A stretch of 64,000 nucleotides of DNA from a virus, in IMG/VR virus record IMGVR_UViG_3300021400_001206, positions 11,782-75,781 of that record, one strand, 5' to 3'. Shown one piece after another: positions 62,068 to 64,000 of this stretch. Position 1 is the first letter of the stretch. Each line of letters begins with the position of its first letter. A program made the position numbers and the translations under genes. Below the pieces are notes generated by a model that saw only the letters and a list, made by a program, of their open reading frames with translations, was not told where the DNA came from and searched no databases.

Positions 62068-62394
62068 ATGAGTGATAAAATGTATGTGAGAACTATGATA
62101 CTTGAGCAGGCGATTAAACATGCCGAAGAAGTAGCAAACGACTATGAAGAAATGACGCACGATTATACTTTGGATTCAGAAAAACTGGCGAAGTGTGCAG
62201 CCGAACACAGACTACTTGCTGCATGGCTCCGTGAGTTGCAGGAGCGCAGGAAGGCACCGGAAATTATTAGGTGTAAAGAATGTAAACTTAACAAGACGCC
62301 TCTTTGCGCTATGTCATTTCAGCAAGAGTGCGAGTGGAATGAGGATGATGATTATTGCTCTTGGGCGGAAAGGAGCATTGATGCTGACAATTGA
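62068..62394 (+). CDS. hypothetical Cys-motif protein (108 aa), tandem paralog of 62380-62701
   Basis: LRELQERRK...CKECK versus LRELIERRK...CEGCK in the next gene. Confidence 0.45.
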   Translation: MSDKMYVRTMILEQAIKHAEEVANDYEEMTHDYTLDSEKLAKCAAEHRLLAAWLRELQERRKAPEIIRCKECKLNKTPLCAMSFQQECEWNEDDDYCSWAERSIDADN

Positions 62395-62701
62395 GGAATT
62401 AATTACATATGAAACAGCAAAAGCAAAAGAATGCAAAGCGCAAGCTGATTTCGGATGGGATTGTTTTACGCATAAGAAATTATCTTTTTTAGAACAAGAG
62501 AGAAATGCATTTTATGCCAAGCAGCATAATCAGATAGCTGAATTACTACGTGAGCTTATCGAACGTAGAAAAATTGATAGTTGTGAGGGGTGTAAGCATA
62601 TTAGTTTATGGGAAAATGAATATGAGAATGGGTTAAGTTGTCCTTGCTTAAGATGCGCCAGAAGGGCGGAGGATAACTACGAACCAGAAAGGGAAAAATA
62701 A
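62380..62701 (+). CDS. hypothetical Cys-motif protein (107 aa)
   Basis: ATG 62380 after GGAAAGGAGCATTG. The track ORF 62195 start is probably too far upstream. Confidence 0.4.
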
Positions 62702-62923
62702 TGTTTAATTCAGAAGTTTTAGCAGATTGTGGCTTGTTTTTTATAGCTGCATTAGGATTCGTAATTATTACAGGTGTAGCTGGTTTAGCTTTATCAATTG
62801 GAGATGAAGATTCTATGGCGCCTTCCGCCTGGCTTGTTGGATGTTTAATGTACGCTATAACTGTAGTATATATGTGGCAGAGATAAATGAAAGGAAATAT
62901 ACAGTAAAAGGAGAGGATAAGAA

Positions 62924-63124
62924 ATGGATAAATATGGCATAAAAATCATAATGGTATCGACATGGAGTGATGGCTTTGATCGTATAGCAAATAAGCTTTG
63001 TGCAAAGGCCGTAGAACAAGGTTACCGATTTAATTCGGCAAGTCCACTGGACGTAACACAAAACCCTGATGGTAAGAAGATATTTTCACAGACGTTCATT
63101 CTTGAAAAAGGAGAAAAGAAATGA
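62924..63124 (+). CDS. hypothetical protein (66 aa)
   Basis: RBS AAAAGGAGAGGATAAGAA. Confidence 0.45.
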   Translation: MDKYGIKIIMVSTWSDGFDRIANKLCAKAVEQGYRFNSASPLDVTQNPDGKKIFSQTFILEKGEKK

Positions 63125-63567
63125 AATTTTTACATGAATATTTAAAATCTCCTAATGGGACAATTTTACAGGACGCCTATTGGGAGATAAGAGGCAACCG
63201 CTTATATAATGCTGCTGGCGGTTTTCATTTTTATGAGCCAAAAGAAGATGATGAAATTATAGAGTCAACGTGGGATAAAATTCTTTATGAAGCAGCACTT
63301 AAAAAGCTTGATTCTTCAAAAATAACAGGTTGGATTGCGCCTGATGGAACTTTTTATGGATGCGATCCTACTGATCATTGGGAAGTCGCTGAAAGAATTC
63401 TTAATTGTAGTGAACGAGAATTAGAAGAACGTGGATATTGTAAAATTTATCGTAATCCAATTTGGCATATGACAGATGAGTCAGAATATTCATATTATTA
63501 TGAAAAGCATTTAACAGAAGCTCAAATTGATGTTCTTACTTCTAAGGGGCTTGAAATAACACATTAA
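63121..63567 (+). CDS. hypothetical protein (148 aa)
   Basis: Overlapping start ATGA. Confidence 0.5.
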   Translation: MKFLHEYLKSPNGTILQDAYWEIRGNRLYNAAGGFHFYEPKEDDEIIESTWDKILYEAALKKLDSSKITGWIAPDGTFYGCDPTDHWEVAERILNCSERELEERGYCKIYRNPIWHMTDESEYSYYYEKHLTEAQIDVLTSKGLEITH

Positions 63568-63891
63568 TGATAAATATAAAATAGAGATAAGGAGAAAAAA
63601 TTTGTTAATACTTAATATAATGATTGGGGCGCTGTGTGGATGGCTAATAGGGGAAAGCGCTATAGAAGCTGAATATGCTTATACAATAGTTGGCATTTTA
63701 ATTCTCATTGTACATATTATAGAATTGTGTTATTATTATTCATTATGATGAAGATTTTTATAATATTAATAATTTTTATTTTTATATGTGCCCCATTGTT
63801 TATTGATATGTAAAGCTGCGGATTGCAGCTTTATTTTTTTAAAAATTTTTGATATAATATATACATAATAAAGGAAAGGAAAAGAAAAGAC

Positions 63892-64000
63892 ATGGAAAAA
63901 TTCTTTGTGGCTGATTCTTATAAGAATATGGAAGTTATCGGTGAGCCGTTCGAGAATGAAAAAGGTAAAATGGTTATCAAAGTAAAAGAGCCGTGCGACC
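63892..64000 (+). CDS. hypothetical protein, 5' part (continues off the right edge)
   Basis: MEKFFVADSYKNMEVIGEPF... after terminator GCTGCGGATTGCAGC+T-run and promoter-like TTTTTAAAAATTTTTGATATAAT. Confidence 0.4.
   Translation, partial: MEKFFVADSYKNMEVIGEPFENEKGKMVIKVKEPCD

Overview
This window looks like a large AT-rich phage genome segment in which TAG (amber) is read as a sense codon, almost certainly glutamine. Conserved genes can only be reconstructed by reading through in-frame TAGs. NrdD reads through at 6291, 6321 and 8349 and keeps its C-terminal RVTGYL glycyl-radical motif beyond the last TAG. In dUTPase a TAG sits where E. coli has Q in DSDYQGQ.

Layout:
1) 1-10.9 kb, plus strand: a replication and nucleotide-metabolism operon.
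- RecD/Dda-like helicase (5' truncated).
- PolIII-alpha/DnaE-like polymerase.
- Gmk-like kinase.
- NrdD, an FNT-like membrane protein, NrdG.
- dUTPase, then a bidirectional terminator.

2) 10.97-33.53 kb, minus strand: a late structural operon. The ORF track fragments it because of dozens of in-frame TAGs. It is driven by a consensus sigma70 promoter at 33561-33589. Reconstructed gene order (transcription direction):
- Zn-ribbon protein.
- Very long terminase large subunit (~1024 aa).
- Vsr/DUF559-like endonuclease.
- Portal.
- Acidic coiled-coil scaffold-like protein.
- Putative major capsid protein.
- Adaptor-like proteins.
- Three paralogous tail fiber/tailspike genes sharing an N-terminal MADISKITLPDG-type anchor.
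- Baseplate-like proteins (one with ~13 TAGs).
- A protein at 12674-13683 with its own terminator.
The absence of tape-measure or tube genes between capsid and fibers suggests a podovirus-like architecture.

3) 33.6-36.4 kb, plus strand: small early genes (SLOG/YpsA-like, Zn-ribbon, membrane proteins).

4) 36.7-37.26 kb: a GC-rich iteron-like array of ~15 CACTTCACCGCGTTAAAGYG-type repeats plus a 14-bp-stem hairpin and a TTAATACA AT-rich repeat tract. It is a candidate origin or pac site.

5) 37.26-56.3 kb: the most unusual part. It is an array of ~45-50 tiny monocistronic cassettes.
- Each has a perfect sigma70 consensus promoter (TTGACA-N17-TGnTATAAT) whose -35 hexamer sits inside the stem of the upstream gene's intrinsic terminator hairpin.
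- Each has a near-identical ~35-nt leader with an AAAGGAG-type RBS and a 35-240 aa ORF. Many begin ATGACA, and several occur as paralogous pairs.
- Some units have no ORF and look like ncRNAs (two homologous ~60-nt units, a tRNA-like T-arm unit, MRDPP micro-ORF units).
- A tRNA-Lys(UUU) lies inside the array.
- Interleaved with the cassettes are at least 13 copies of a second element: a consensus promoter mostly firing leftward, straight into a variable GC-rich hairpin and then the shared terminator. These are candidate antisense/small RNA genes.
- The array also holds a 400-bp TGTGCA/TGCACA dyad-rich noncoding hub with a 25-bp perfect inverted repeat.
- Recognisable cassette products include an NT5C-like HAD deoxyribonucleotidase, a P-loop kinase, a DEDDh 3'-5' exonuclease and winged-helix-like paralogs.

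6) 56.8-64 kb: AT-rich again. Minus-strand small genes include TAG-containing ones, such as an HTH regulator-like gene. A plus-strand operon carries a SprT-like HExxH metalloprotease and Cys-rich small proteins.

All coordinates of reconstructed minus-strand genes are approximate (within a few nt).
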